DNA of 64,000 bases from Caldilineales bacterium. Lineage in GTDB: Bacteria; Chloroflexota; Anaerolineae; JAAEKA01. The notes below the pieces were generated by a model. The model saw nothing but the letters and a program-made list of their open reading frames with translations. It did not search any database and was not told the origin of the DNA. Shown one piece after another: positions 48,529 to 58,530 of this stretch (its first letter is position 1; each line of letters opens with the position of its first letter). The stretch spans positions 50,607 to 114,606 of the forward strand of contig JAWKOJ010000016.1 in assembly GCA_041391245.1 (NCBI GenBank). Reading direction: 5' to 3'. The translations under genes were made by a program, and so were the position numbers.

Positions 48529-49833
48529 TCAGGCCAGCCCGCTCTTGATTACCTTGCCCAGCCGGCCGGCCTCCGTCTTGCGGTGCGGTCCAACCACGGC
48601 AAGGCGTGCACCGGCATCGACGAAGACGCGGCCGGCGACGCGGCGAAGATCGTCGCTGGTGACCGCTTCCAGCCGCTGCACCACCTCTTCGATCGTCAAT
48701 ATCTCCTGGCCCAGCGCGTGCTGCCGCCCGAACCAGCCTGCCACCGACAGGGTGTCCTCCAATCCCATCAACATGCGCCCCTTCAGATACTCCTTGGCTT
48801 CCGCCAGCGTCACGTCGTCCACCGGCTCCTGGCGCAGCCGCACCAACTGCTCGGTGACAGCGTGCAGCGCCTCGGTCAGCCGTCCCGGCGCGACAGCCGC
48901 GTAGACGCCAACTACCCCGGTGTCGGTCAGGGAGCTGGCGTACGACTCGACGGTGTAGGCCAGACCCAGATTCTCCCGTATCTCCATGAAGAGACGCGAG
49001 CTCATTCCCTCGCCCAAAATGACGTTGAGCACGCTGAGGGCAAACCGGTCGGGTCCGTTCGCGAGAAGCCCGGCAAATTGAGCGAGAAATGGCTCTGCTC
49101 AGTCTTCTTGTGGACCACATCGCAGCGTCGCCGCTCCGTCCACAGGGGCGGGCATGCAGGCCAGCCGCGGCGCCGGCTGCCAGTCGCCCAGCAGAGCGTC
49201 GGCCAGCTCGACGGCCCGGTCGTGATTGACATCGCCGGCGATGCTGAGAACGATGTTCTGCGGCCCATAATACTGGCCGAGAAACAAGCGCAATGCGTCT
49301 TCGCTGAGGCCGGCAACGCTCTCGGGGGTGCCGGCCACGTCCCAGCCCAGCGGGTGGCCGGGCCACGTCATGTCCTGCGCCAGGAGACCGACCAACTCTT
49401 CAGGGATGTCCTGGGACGAGAGCAGTTCCTCCAGGATGACCCGCCGCTCCTTCTCGACCTCCGCATTGACCAGCAGGCTGTTGCGCAGCATATCGGCCAT
49501 GACGTCGATCGCCACGGCCAGATGCGGCTTCTGCATCTTGGCCCACAGCACGGTCATCTCCTGGCCGGTGCTGGCATTGAAAATCCCGCCACGCCCCTCG
49601 ATCTCGCGCGCGATGATGTCTGGTGCAGGCCGGCGCGCCGTGCCCTTGAAGATCATATGTTCAACAAAATGAGCAGCCCCGGCATTGGCACTTTCCTCGT
49701 AGCGCGACCCGACAGACAAATAGAACCCCACACCCACAGAGTAGGTGTGAGGCATCGCGCAGCTCAGAATGCTAAGTCCGTTCGGTAATACTGTAGTTCG
49801 CAGTTCCAGCTTCAATCTGTTCCTCGTCGTCAA
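48529..49833 (-). CDS. M16 (pitrilysin-family) zinc peptidase, two frameshifts between about 49040 and 49170
   Basis: HFVEHMIFKG (HxxEH) in ORF 49099..49833. The homologous stretch RRRCDVVHKKTEQSHFSLNLPGFSRTDP is in another frame. It then returns to LNVILGEGMSSRLF... in ORF 48529..49032. Confidence 0.8.
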
Positions 49834-49842
49834 AATAGGTTG

Positions 49843-49916
49843 GTAGTCGGCGCTTCAGCGCCGTTTCGCCAGCGTTAGTTGCAACGCGCCTGGAACGGCG
49901 CTGAAGCGCCGACTAC
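49843..49916. repeat. REP-like element: perfect 21-nt inverted repeat GTAGTCGGCGCTTCAGCGCCG with a 32-nt loop
   Basis: Arms at 49843-49863 and 49896-49916. Each arm contains the palindrome GGCGCTTCAGCGCC. Related single copies at 51392-51412 and 62592-62612. Confidence 0.7.
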
Positions 49917-49933
49917 GAGCAACACATGGCAGG

Positions 49934-50521
49934 CTATTGGCCGGCTTGTAACGCTTCCAATGTGGCCTGGGCGGCCGGCCCTGCAGCTGGATCCTGGCCC
50001 GGGCCAACCTTCAGGAAACGTTCGAACGCCTTGATGGCTTCCTCGCGGTCGCCTTGCAGTTGATACAGCGCACCCAGTCCAAAATAGGGCTCTGGCAGGT
50101 CTGGATCAAGCTCGGTAGCAGCCTCCAGATTACTTTGGGCGTCGTCCATCCGGTCTAGCTGGAGATAGGTTGCGCCCAGCAGGTAGTGCAGTTCGGCGTC
50201 ATCTGGCTCAGCTTCCAGTCCGCTCAGGAAAGCCTGCTCGGCATCCTCAAGCTGGCCCAGCGAGTAGTAGGTAACGCCCAGGTTGGTCCAGTAGGCTGCG
50301 TTGGTCGGATCGATCTCCAACGCTTGCTTGAAGGCTTGCTCGGCCTCCGCCAGGTTGCCGACCTCGAACGCGGCGTTGCCCTGCTGAAAAAGCCCGTTCG
50401 CGTCGCCGGCTGGCGTCGCCTCGGGTGTGTTCGCGTTGCATCCGGCCAGCAGCATCCCGGCCAACGCAGCCGCCAGCACAATGAGGATCGCCCGCTTACC
50501 GCGCACAAGATCGCCAGACAT
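49934..50521 (-). CDS. TPR-repeat lipoprotein
   Basis: Lipobox LLAGCN and TPR consensus repeats (AEQAFKQALEIDPTNAAYWTNLGVTY...). Confidence 0.8.
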   Translation of the reverse strand: MSGDLVRGKRAILIVLAAALAGMLLAGCNANTPEATPAGDANGLFQQGNAAFEVGNLAEAEQAFKQALEIDPTNAAYWTNLGVTYYSLGQLEDAEQAFLSGLEAEPDDAELHYLLGATYLQLDRMDDAQSNLEAATELDPDLPEPYFGLGALYQLQGDREEAIKAFERFLKVGPGQDPAAGPAAQATLEALQAGQ

Positions 50522-50531
50522 GTCCTGTCCC

Positions 50532-51167
50532 CTACTTCGGGTCCATCAGCACCACCTGGGTCTCTTCAGGCAGTTGCGTCTTGCTGATCTTCAACACGCT
50601 AACCGGCTCCGGCGCGGGGATGCCCATCTCTTTCAGAAAGCGTTCCACCGGCTCCAGATGCCCGGCAGTGCCATCCGTGTAGTAGTGCATAGGAATCACG
50701 ATCGCCGGCTCGATGATGCTGATCACTTCGGCGGCCAGGGTGGCGTCCAGCGTGTGCCGGCCACCGACCGGGATGATCAGAACGTTGATGTCCGGCATGG
50801 CCTCCACCTGCGCCTCAGTCAGCACATGGCCGAGGTCGCCGAGATGGCAGACGGTCAAATCGGGGAACTCGAACAGGAAGATCGTATTCGGCTCGGCTTC
50901 CCCGTTGTCGTTCTTACCATGGAAGGTGGCAATGCCGGTGATAAAAACGCCCTCGATCTCATACTCGCCCGGCCCGGTGAACACCTGCCGGTAGTCTTTG
51001 ACACCATCCACGTAACTGTGGCCCGGCGCGTCGTGGCTGACGGTCACCACGTCCGCCTTGTGCCGCGGCAACGGGAGTCCTATGTTCTTGTCGTAGGGAT
51101 CGCAGACGACTGTCAGATTGCGATCCTTCAGCCTGAAGCAGGCATGTCCATACCAATTGATCTCCAC
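50532..51167 (-). CDS. MBL-fold metal-dependent hydrolase (UPF0173-like)
   Basis: MEINWYGHACFRLKD...VVCDPYD...VTVSHDAPGH. Confidence 0.85.
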   Translation of the reverse strand: MEINWYGHACFRLKDRNLTVVCDPYDKNIGLPLPRHKADVVTVSHDAPGHSYVDGVKDYRQVFTGPGEYEIEGVFITGIATFHGKNDNGEAEPNTIFLFEFPDLTVCHLGDLGHVLTEAQVEAMPDINVLIIPVGGRHTLDATLAAEVISIIEPAIVIPMHYYTDGTAGHLEPVERFLKEMGIPAPEPVSVLKISKTQLPEETQVVLMDPK

Positions 51168-51391
51168 AGAATAGCCTCCAAAAGTCCGATAGTGCCTGGT
51201 TGAGATGAGACCCGCTCATTATATCGCACATGTGTGCGCAAGAAAAAAAGACGACGGGAAAACCACACGCCTCCGCCCGTAGAACGACGTTCCAGATCGT
51301 TGCCCTGTGCTCGCGAACGGGAGCGACAATTCAGAGAATTGTCCTACGAGTACGCAATAGCACCACAGACGGTATGCGCCGGGGCCAGGGA

Positions 51392-51412
51392 CGGCGCTGA
51401 AGCGCCTTCTAC
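51392..51412. repeat. REP-like element copy (CGGCGCTGAAGCGCCTTCTAC)
   Basis: Reverse-orientation relative of the 49843 element; overlaps the stop codon region of the desulfhydrase-family gene. Confidence 0.5.
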
Positions 51413-52449
51413 AAACCCTGTTGCAGCCCATCTTCGTAGGCGAAGATGGCCGGCAGGCCGCCGGTGTGCCAAAACACCACCGTTTCATCTGCCCGGAAGC
51501 GGCCGCGCCGGATCAGGTCCAGCAGACCGGCCAACGCGCGGCCGGTGTAGACCGGATCAGCCAACAGTCCCTCGCTGCGAGCCAGCAGACCGATAGCTTC
51601 CCGCTCGGCTGCGCCCAACACGCCGTAGCCGCCGCCCAGGTACTCGTCATGCACGATAAAGTCGTCGCGCGCCAGTGCCAGCGGCAGCTGCAAGAAGCCA
51701 GCAGTGCGCACTCCCAGGTCCCGTAGATTCGACACCAGCGTCTCCCTGTCCTGGTCGATGCTGATCCCGTGAACCTGAACCGCGGTCGCCAGCGCACGAA
51801 CGCCGACCACCATCCCTGCCTGTGTGCCGCCGCTGCTGGAGGCAACGATCACATGATCGGGCGAAGCCCCTCCCGCGTAACATTGGCCCAGCAGTTCCGC
51901 CATCGCCAGCACATAGGCCGCCGCGCCGACCGGGCTGGACCCGCCATAGGTGATGACATAAGGTCGCCGTCCGCGAGCGGTGAGGTCTTCAGCGACTTGC
52001 TGCATGACCGCCAGTCTGTCGTCGGTGCCGGCGAAGACGATCTGTGCGCCGAACAGCCGGTCGAGCAGCAGATTGCCGCCCTGAAGCATGGGAGCGTTGC
52101 CGCCCAGCACCAACGTACATCCTAATCCCGCCCGCGCCGCGGCTGCCGCCGTCTGGCGACAGTGGTTCGACTGGGGCGCGCCGGTGGTGACCAGCGTGTC
52201 GGCGCCTTTCGCCTGCGCCTCGGCCACCAGCAGTTCCAGCTTGCGCGTCTTGTTGCCGCCGGTTGCCAGTCCGGTCTGGTCGTCACGTTTGACCAACAGC
52301 CGGGGGACGCGCCGCCCGCCCAGTTCCTCTTGCAGCGCGGCGCGCAGTCGCGACATTCCCTCCAGCGGGGTTGGCAGGTGTGCCAGGGGAAAACGGTGTA
52401 GTTCAGGCAAGATCATGAGGTGCTCCATCCTCGACATCGAAAAGGGCAA
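51409..52449 (-). CDS. PLP-dependent D-cysteine desulfhydrase / ACC deaminase family protein
   Basis: GGNKTRKLE (PLP lysine) and ..SSGGTQAG... The start is uncertain (52449, 52428 or 52416); every option overlaps the upstream gene end. Confidence 0.85.
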   Translation of the reverse strand: MPFSMSRMEHLMILPELHRFPLAHLPTPLEGMSRLRAALQEELGGRRVPRLLVKRDDQTGLATGGNKTRKLELLVAEAQAKGADTLVTTGAPQSNHCRQTAAAAARAGLGCTLVLGGNAPMLQGGNLLLDRLFGAQIVFAGTDDRLAVMQQVAEDLTARGRRPYVITYGGSSPVGAAAYVLAMAELLGQCYAGGASPDHVIVASSSGGTQAGMVVGVRALATAVQVHGISIDQDRETLVSNLRDLGVRTAGFLQLPLALARDDFIVHDEYLGGGYGVLGAAEREAIGLLARSEGLLADPVYTGRALAGLLDLIRRGRFRADETVVFWHTGGLPAIFAYEDGLQQGL

Positions 52450-54826
52450 GCTGGCGGCCCGGCAACGTGACCACCGGATCCAGGCCGACCCGCGCCCGAA
52501 AGCTGGCCAACGTCAGATCCGGCATGGCAGCCAAACGCCGGATGTGGCGAAACTTAATGAACTCCCAGCCTGACCACGCCAGTTGCTCGCGCCAGGCAGG
52601 CGAGCGCCGTAGCTTGAAAGACAGCAACTCGGCCCGTCCGCCCGGCAGCACCACGTAGCGCGGCAGGTACTCCAGCGGCCCGGGTACGGCGGACAGCCAC
52701 GGACGCAACGTCGTTTGGTCGGTCAGCGCGAAGACAAACTGCGGGCCTTCTGCGTCGTGCCAGACCACGCTGGCGGGTGACCACTGCGCGTCGTCCGGCC
52801 CGCTCTGTCCCAGCGGCACCAGGCCCTGCGCCGCGGCCTGCAGCTCCGCTGCGATCCAGACCCGCAACCCCAACGAATGGCCCAGGCTGTGCAGCCGCAG
52901 AAGCATCTCGCTGAGGTCGCGGCTGCGCCGGTCGGGCTGGTCCTCGGCGCGCAATCGCCAGCCCGTCTCCCCGCGCGCGGCATACGATCCAAGGCAGGCG
53001 TCGACCAGTTCGGCGTCAGGTGTCTCCCAACCGGGGAACGCATCGTAAACCGCGGACTGAATGGCAGCGTCACTCTGGTCGCCCGCTCGCAGCTGAGCGG
53101 CGATGAACACTTCGACCCGATCGGCCAGCGGGGCGTCCACCGGCATCTCCTCAAGGTGCCATTGGATGGGCTCGCGGCTGCCCGGCGTGTAGGGACGCAA
53201 TCCCGGCGGCGGCAGTTCGGGACTGAGCGCCAGCCGCGCCTGGTCAAGCAACACAGAAACGGGTCGGCGGATGCCCTCGGCAGGCAGGCTGCCAGGCGAC
53301 AGCAACCCTGCACCCGACCAGCGCGCCGCGCCCGCGGTGACGATCAGCGGCCACGGCGTTGGCTCGGCCCGCAGCGCAAGCAACTCGACGGCTGCCTCCT
53401 GAAAGGTGGCCTGCAACGCGGCTGACCCATCGCGGCGCGGCGGTTCATCGACCGATTGAGCGGGGGCGAAGACCAGCCGCCAGGTGCTCGGTCCGGCCTG
53501 CACTGCAGGAGACTGGACGGCCTGTGCCACGAGCTGCCAACCCGACCTGGCAGCCGCTGCCATCAGCGCCACCACTCGTCGCGTCGACCTGTCATGAAAC
53601 GCCAGCACCATGCGCCCGTCGTCTCGCACCAGCGGACGCAAACCGCCCAGCGCCGTCGTCATGGCGCGCGCATACCAGTCCCAACTCCAGTGCTCGATGG
53701 AAAGCGCAGCCTTGCTGTGACTGGCCGCCTCCCTGCCAAAAAGCCAGCCTGTCCACAGGAAACCCAGCAGATACGCGCCTGGATCGAAGGCCGGCGGTTC
53801 GGTCAGAATGAGCGCCACCGAGCCGGGCATCAACCGATCGGCCAGATCAGGCACGTTCAGCGAGTCCGCCGCGACTCGGCCTGCGCCCGATGGACCACGC
53901 AGCGCAACAAGATTCGTCGCCCAGAGAACCGGAGGCGCAGCCCGCTCCCGCAGCGCGCGGCGGGCCTCTTCCAACGCGTGCCATGCGTTGCGCTCCACGA
54001 AGCGCCGTGGTGGGTCCAGCACGCTGGCGACGTGCGCCGGGCCGGCCCCATCGGGCGCGTCTGGGGTGTGCAGCGTGCTGGTCTGCTGCAAGACGTGCAA
54101 AATCATTGCGCGCGCCGCCTGTTGCTCTGCCGCATCGCGGATGCGCTGCTCAACGGCAGTAATCATCTCGTTGACAGCCAGCAATGTCCGTGGCGTGTAG
54201 AGGTCGATCAGGGCGCGCGCCTTTGTTGTGAGCGAATCGCCTGGCGCCACCAATCGGCTCAACAGTCCCCAATAGGCAGCGCCGCGGATCTCCAGCGTCG
54301 CCAGCCGGGCAAGGTCGTCCATGTCCACTGGCACAAGCCCGCTTTCATGGCAGTGTGGACACACGACCTGCTTCTGTTGCGGTTCTCCGGTCGCCCGATC
54401 CCAGATGAAAGCGTCTGCCGTGGCCGTGCCCGCGCAGTTGGGGCACATGGTAGCGTAAAGGCTGCGCAGGTGGTCCGCCAGCGTCTGGCCGCGACGGGGC
54501 GCATCGGCGATGCGGGTAAAGGCGCCATCAACGATCTGTGCGCCCGGCGGATCGGCGCTTGTCATCACGGCCAGGAGGCTCGCCGGAATAGCGTTGTTGA
54601 CCACCACGCGCCGGCGGCTGGCGCTTGCGTGGCGAATAAGCGAGGTCTGGCTGGCAAACGGATCGAGCACCGTATCGCCGGGCTGGCTGAACTGGTCAAG
54701 ATAGCGACGCGGCAGGGCGGCCGACCATTGACGCTGCTCCAGCGACCACAACGGATCGGGAACCGGCGGATCGTCCGGGAGGAATGGCTCGGACCACGTC
54801 AACGGGGTGGATGTAGCGGGCGGCAT
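52403..54826 (-). CDS. Large methyltransferase-like protein with internal Zn ribbon and degenerate catalytic motifs; function uncertain
   Basis: PGDTVLDPFASQTS resembles MTase motif I but lacks the glycines. Zn ribbon CPNC...CPHC. LILTEPPAF resembles motif IV (xPPY/F). The C-terminal ~250 aa are unassigned. Start taken at MPPATSTPL (54826). Confidence 0.5.
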   Translation of the reverse strand: MPPATSTPLTWSEPFLPDDPPVPDPLWSLEQRQWSAALPRRYLDQFSQPGDTVLDPFASQTSLIRHASASRRRVVVNNAIPASLLAVMTSADPPGAQIVDGAFTRIADAPRRGQTLADHLRSLYATMCPNCAGTATADAFIWDRATGEPQQKQVVCPHCHESGLVPVDMDDLARLATLEIRGAAYWGLLSRLVAPGDSLTTKARALIDLYTPRTLLAVNEMITAVEQRIRDAAEQQAARAMILHVLQQTSTLHTPDAPDGAGPAHVASVLDPPRRFVERNAWHALEEARRALRERAAPPVLWATNLVALRGPSGAGRVAADSLNVPDLADRLMPGSVALILTEPPAFDPGAYLLGFLWTGWLFGREAASHSKAALSIEHWSWDWYARAMTTALGGLRPLVRDDGRMVLAFHDRSTRRVVALMAAAARSGWQLVAQAVQSPAVQAGPSTWRLVFAPAQSVDEPPRRDGSAALQATFQEAAVELLALRAEPTPWPLIVTAGAARWSGAGLLSPGSLPAEGIRRPVSVLLDQARLALSPELPPPGLRPYTPGSREPIQWHLEEMPVDAPLADRVEVFIAAQLRAGDQSDAAIQSAVYDAFPGWETPDAELVDACLGSYAARGETGWRLRAEDQPDRRSRDLSEMLLRLHSLGHSLGLRVWIAAELQAAAQGLVPLGQSGPDDAQWSPASVVWHDAEGPQFVFALTDQTTLRPWLSAVPGPLEYLPRYVVLPGGRAELLSFKLRRSPAWREQLAWSGWEFIKFRHIRRLAAMPDLTLASFRARVGLDPVVTLPGRQLALFDVEDGAPHDLA

Positions 54827-54902
54827 CGTGCAGCCATGGTAGCACAGGTGAGCGCTTCTCACAAAGGGTGAGAATTCATCAGGTTGTGCTATAATTCTGT
54901 CT

Positions 54903-55847
54903 ATGCGATTCCTTATCACTGGTGGGGCCGGCTTCATCGGCACCACATTGGCCAACCATTTGGTTCGCAGCGGCCACTATGTTCGCGCACTGGACGACCT
55001 GAGTGCAGGCGATCCGGCGCGTCTCGACACACGGGTGCTTTTCTCGCGCGGCGATGTGCGCAACGTCCCCAACTTGTGGACGCTCCTGCAGGACGTTGAG
55101 TGCGTCTTCCATCTGGCGGCGCGCATCTCCGTTCCTGAGTCGGGGCTATATCCGCAGGAGTATAACGACGTCAACGTCGCCGGGACGGTAGCCCTGCTGA
55201 CTGCCGTGCGCGACGTGGGGGTGCCGCGGGTGGTGCTTGCCTCGTCCGGCGCCGTCTACGGCAACCAATCAAAGCAGCCAGTACATGAACGGATGCGCAT
55301 CAGCCCGCAGTCACCGTACGCCATCACAAAAATCGCCGCCGAGCATTACCTGTTCACACTTGGCCGGCTCTACGGCTGCGAGACCGTGGCGCTGCGGATT
55401 TTCAACGCCTATGGACCTGGACAACGCATTCCTCCAGCCCACGCGCCTGTGGCGCCGCTGTTCCTGAAGCGGGCCCTGACAGGCGGATCGCTGGTGGTGC
55501 ACGGCGACGGCAGCCAGACGCGCGACTTCGTGCATATCGACGACGTGGTGCAGGCGCTGGTGGCTGCGGCTACCGTGGCCGAGGCCGACGGCCAGGTAAT
55601 CAACATCGGCTCCGGCGTTGAGATAAGCATCCGCGACCTGGCGCGTGCTGTAGGCGCGGCGGCTGGCCGCGCGCCGTCGATCATCTACAACGAAAGTCAG
55701 CCGCCTGGTGTGGCTCGTCTGGTAGCCGACATCTCTCAGGCGCGCGCGCTGCTCGGCTACATTCCCAAGGTCGACCTGGAACAGGGGCTGAGCGACCTGC
55801 TGAAAGCCGATACGCAGTTTGAACGACGCCGGCTGGCGGTTGCCTAG
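54903..55847 (+). CDS. NAD-dependent sugar epimerase/dehydratase (SDR family)
   Basis: ITGGAGFIGTTL and PYAITKIAAE (YxxxK). Confidence 0.9.
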   Translation: MRFLITGGAGFIGTTLANHLVRSGHYVRALDDLSAGDPARLDTRVLFSRGDVRNVPNLWTLLQDVECVFHLAARISVPESGLYPQEYNDVNVAGTVALLTAVRDVGVPRVVLASSGAVYGNQSKQPVHERMRISPQSPYAITKIAAEHYLFTLGRLYGCETVALRIFNAYGPGQRIPPAHAPVAPLFLKRALTGGSLVVHGDGSQTRDFVHIDDVVQALVAAATVAEADGQVINIGSGVEISIRDLARAVGAAAGRAPSIIYNESQPPGVARLVADISQARALLGYIPKVDLEQGLSDLLKADTQFERRRLAVA

Positions 55848-55932
55848 TGCTGAACTGTCATCCAAGCGCGACGCCGGCAGACAGCGACCAGCAGTCTCTG
55901 ATCGTGGGCCGCGGCCGTCCGACCACTTTCCA

Positions 55933-55967
55933 CCGATTACCGTTCACTGATTACTGATCACTGACCC
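55933..55967. repeat. Five phased 7-nt repeats (CCGATTA CCGTTCA CTGATTA CTGATCA CTGACCC) abutting the sbcC start codon
   Basis: Phased by hand. The array ends 1 nt before the ATG at 55969. Same unit type as part of the 32407-32448 array. Confidence 0.6.
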
Positions 55968-55968
55968 G

Positions 55969-58530
55969 ATGATCCCGCTCAAACTCTCGCTGCACAACTT
56001 CCTCTGCTACAGGGACCCGGATCCGCTGGATTTCAACGGGCTGCACCTGGCCTGCCTGTCGGGCAACAACGGCCACGGCAAATCGGCCCTGCTGGACGCC
56101 ATGACCTGGGCATTGTGGGGCAAGGCGCGCACCAGCTCGGCCGACGACTTGGTGCATCTGGGCGAGACCGACATGTGGGTCGATTTCGAGTTCGGCCTTG
56201 GTCCCGACCACTACCGTGTGGTGCGCAGCCGCTCGCGCAAGGGGCGCGGCAGGAGCGATCTCCAGCTTCAGGTCCGTGCGCCTGCGGGCGGCGACGAGTG
56301 GCGCCCCATCACCGAGCCGACCCTGCGCGACACCGAGGCGCGCATCGTCGATCTCCTGCGCATGGACTACGACACCTTCGTCAACTCCGCCTATCTGGTG
56401 CAGGGCAAGGCCGACGAGTTCACCGTCAAGCCGCCCGGCCAGCGCAAGCAGATCCTGGCCGACATTCTGGGGCTGGCGCTGTACGACGAGTTCGAGAGCC
56501 GCGCCAAGGAAAGCGCCCGCGAACAGCGCCAGATGGCCGGCCGCACCGAGGCATTGATCGGCGAGATCGACGCTGAGCTGGCCAACGAGCCGACCTATCA
56601 GCGCGAGCTGGAACAGGCGCAGCAGGCCATGATCGACGTGCAGGAGGAGTTGCGGGCCGCGGATCAGACGCTGCAGGCGCTGCGCACCCAGCAGCAGGAG
56701 CTGAGCGCACAGGGGCGCGCGCTGGCCGATCTGGAGCGCCGCATTGGGCACGGCACGCGCGAGCTGGCCGCGGCCCAGGAGCAGTTTGCAGAGGCGGAGA
56801 ACGCACTGGCCCGCACACAGACGATTCTGGCGCAGCAGGACGATATCAGGTCTGGCTACCAGGAGCTTCAGCAGGCGCGGGCCTCCGACCAGAGATGGAA
56901 CGAGAAGCTGGCGCGCCACGCTGCCCTGCAAGGCGACCAGGCGCGTGTGCGCAGCCAGATCGCACAGGCCCGCAGCCAGATCGAGGCGGAGCGACGGGTT
57001 GCTGACAGCCGGGTGACGCAGCTGCGCGGCCAGGCTGAGCGTGCGGAGCAGTTGGAGGAATTGCTGCTCGCCGCACAGGAAAAGCTGGCCTGGATCGCCG
57101 ACCTGGAGAAGCAGCACGCGGAGCTGCAGGCCAGCGTGCAGGCGTTGCGGGACGAGTGGACCAGTTTGCGGGGCGACGTGCAGCGCTGGGAGGCCGAAGC
57201 GGCCGACCTGAACGAGAAACTGGCGATGTTGGGCGAAGCCGACGCGCCCTGTCCTGTCTGCAACCGTCCGTTGGGGCACGCCGAGCGTGAGCGGGTGCGC
57301 GAGGATTTCCAGGCCCGCGACGAAGCGCTGCGCAACGAGATTGTCGTCGGCCGCGCCCGCCTCGACGCGGTCAAACGGGATGGCGAGGTAGCCAGGGACG
57401 CACAGCGCAAGCTGGAGCCGTCGCTGCACGAGAAGGCGCACTGGGAACGGCAACACGGCCAGGCTGAGGATCGTTTGAAGGAGGCCCGCGAGGCCGCCAC
57501 AGCACTGGCCGCCGCCCTGGCTGCGGTCGAACACCTGGACGAGCGGCTGGCGGCCGGCGACTACGCGCTCGAGGCGCAGGCCGAGTTGTCCCGCCTTGAC
57601 GCCGCCGTCGCCGCCCTGGCCTACGACGTCGACGCGCACCAGGCAGCGCGCGACGCGGTGATCGAGTTCAGCCCCTTCGAGCAGCGCCAGGCCGAACTGC
57701 TGACCGCCCAGGAGCGCTCGGCTGATCTCCAAACCCGGATCGAGCAGCTGCAGGCGAGCGTGCTGCGTTGGCAGGAGACGCTGGCTGCCGATGAGCAGCA
57801 GCGGGCCGAGTTGACGGACGTGGTGGCCGGCCTGCCGGAGATCACCCAGCAGATCGCGCAGCGCAGCCTCGACGTGCGTCGCCTGGAGGATGCGACCAAC
57901 CAGGCCCGCCAGCGCTTCGGGGCAGCCCGCCAGCGGCTGGAGACGTGTCGCGCCCAAGCTGAGCGGCGCGTCCAGCTGGCAGACGAGTTGGAGGACACGC
58001 TGACGCGCCAGTCGATCTACGAAGAGCTGCAGGCCGCCTTTGGCAAGAAGGGCCTGCAGGCGATGATCATCGAGGCCGCGATCCCGGAGATCGAGAGCGA
58101 GGCCAACCGGCTGCTGAACCGCATGACCGACGGGCGGATGGCCGTGCGCCTGGAAACCCAGCGCGAGACCAAGAGTACCCAGGAGGTGCGCGAGACGCTG
58201 GACATCATCATCAGCGACGAGTTGGGCAGCCGCGACTACAGCCTCTTCTCCGGCGGCGAGGCGTTCCGGGCCAACTTCGCCATCCGCATCGCGCTGAGCA
58301 AGTTGCTGGCGCGGCGGGCCGGCGCTGCCCTGCAGACGCTGATCATCGACGAGGGCTTCGGCACCCAGGACGCCCAGGGCCGCGAACGGCTGGTGGAGGC
58401 GATCACGTCGATCCAGGACGACTTCGAGCGCGTGCTGGTCATCACCCACATCGACGAACTGAAGGACCTCTTCCCGGCGCGCATCGAGGTAGTGAAAACC
58501 CCCGATGGGTCGCAGATCAGCGTCACCTGA
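55969..58530 (+). CDS. sbcC: SbcC/Rad50-family SMC-like ATPase with zinc hook
   Basis: Walker A GNNGHGKSALLDAM, long coiled coil, hook CPVCNRPL, signature LSGGEAFRANFAIRIALS, Walker B LIIDEGFGTQD. Confidence 0.85.
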   Translation: MIPLKLSLHNFLCYRDPDPLDFNGLHLACLSGNNGHGKSALLDAMTWALWGKARTSSADDLVHLGETDMWVDFEFGLGPDHYRVVRSRSRKGRGRSDLQLQVRAPAGGDEWRPITEPTLRDTEARIVDLLRMDYDTFVNSAYLVQGKADEFTVKPPGQRKQILADILGLALYDEFESRAKESAREQRQMAGRTEALIGEIDAELANEPTYQRELEQAQQAMIDVQEELRAADQTLQALRTQQQELSAQGRALADLERRIGHGTRELAAAQEQFAEAENALARTQTILAQQDDIRSGYQELQQARASDQRWNEKLARHAALQGDQARVRSQIAQARSQIEAERRVADSRVTQLRGQAERAEQLEELLLAAQEKLAWIADLEKQHAELQASVQALRDEWTSLRGDVQRWEAEAADLNEKLAMLGEADAPCPVCNRPLGHAERERVREDFQARDEALRNEIVVGRARLDAVKRDGEVARDAQRKLEPSLHEKAHWERQHGQAEDRLKEAREAATALAAALAAVEHLDERLAAGDYALEAQAELSRLDAAVAALAYDVDAHQAARDAVIEFSPFEQRQAELLTAQERSADLQTRIEQLQASVLRWQETLAADEQQRAELTDVVAGLPEITQQIAQRSLDVRRLEDATNQARQRFGAARQRLETCRAQAERRVQLADELEDTLTRQSIYEELQAAFGKKGLQAMIIEAAIPEIESEANRLLNRMTDGRMAVRLETQRETKSTQEVRETLDIIISDELGSRDYSLFSGGEAFRANFAIRIALSKLLARRAGAALQTLIIDEGFGTQDAQGRERLVEAITSIQDDFERVLVITHIDELKDLFPARIEVVKTPDGSQISVT

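Noticed and set aside
55951-58449. 832-aa ORF antisense to sbcC. Similar long antisense ORFs include 12852-14189, 28896-30269, 38225-39160, 59559-60734 and 8636-9838.
   Set aside because: These are typical high-GC shadow ORFs. Their products are low-complexity and rich in Arg, Ala, Gly and Leu, with no motifs. The opposite strand carries clearly recognisable proteins.
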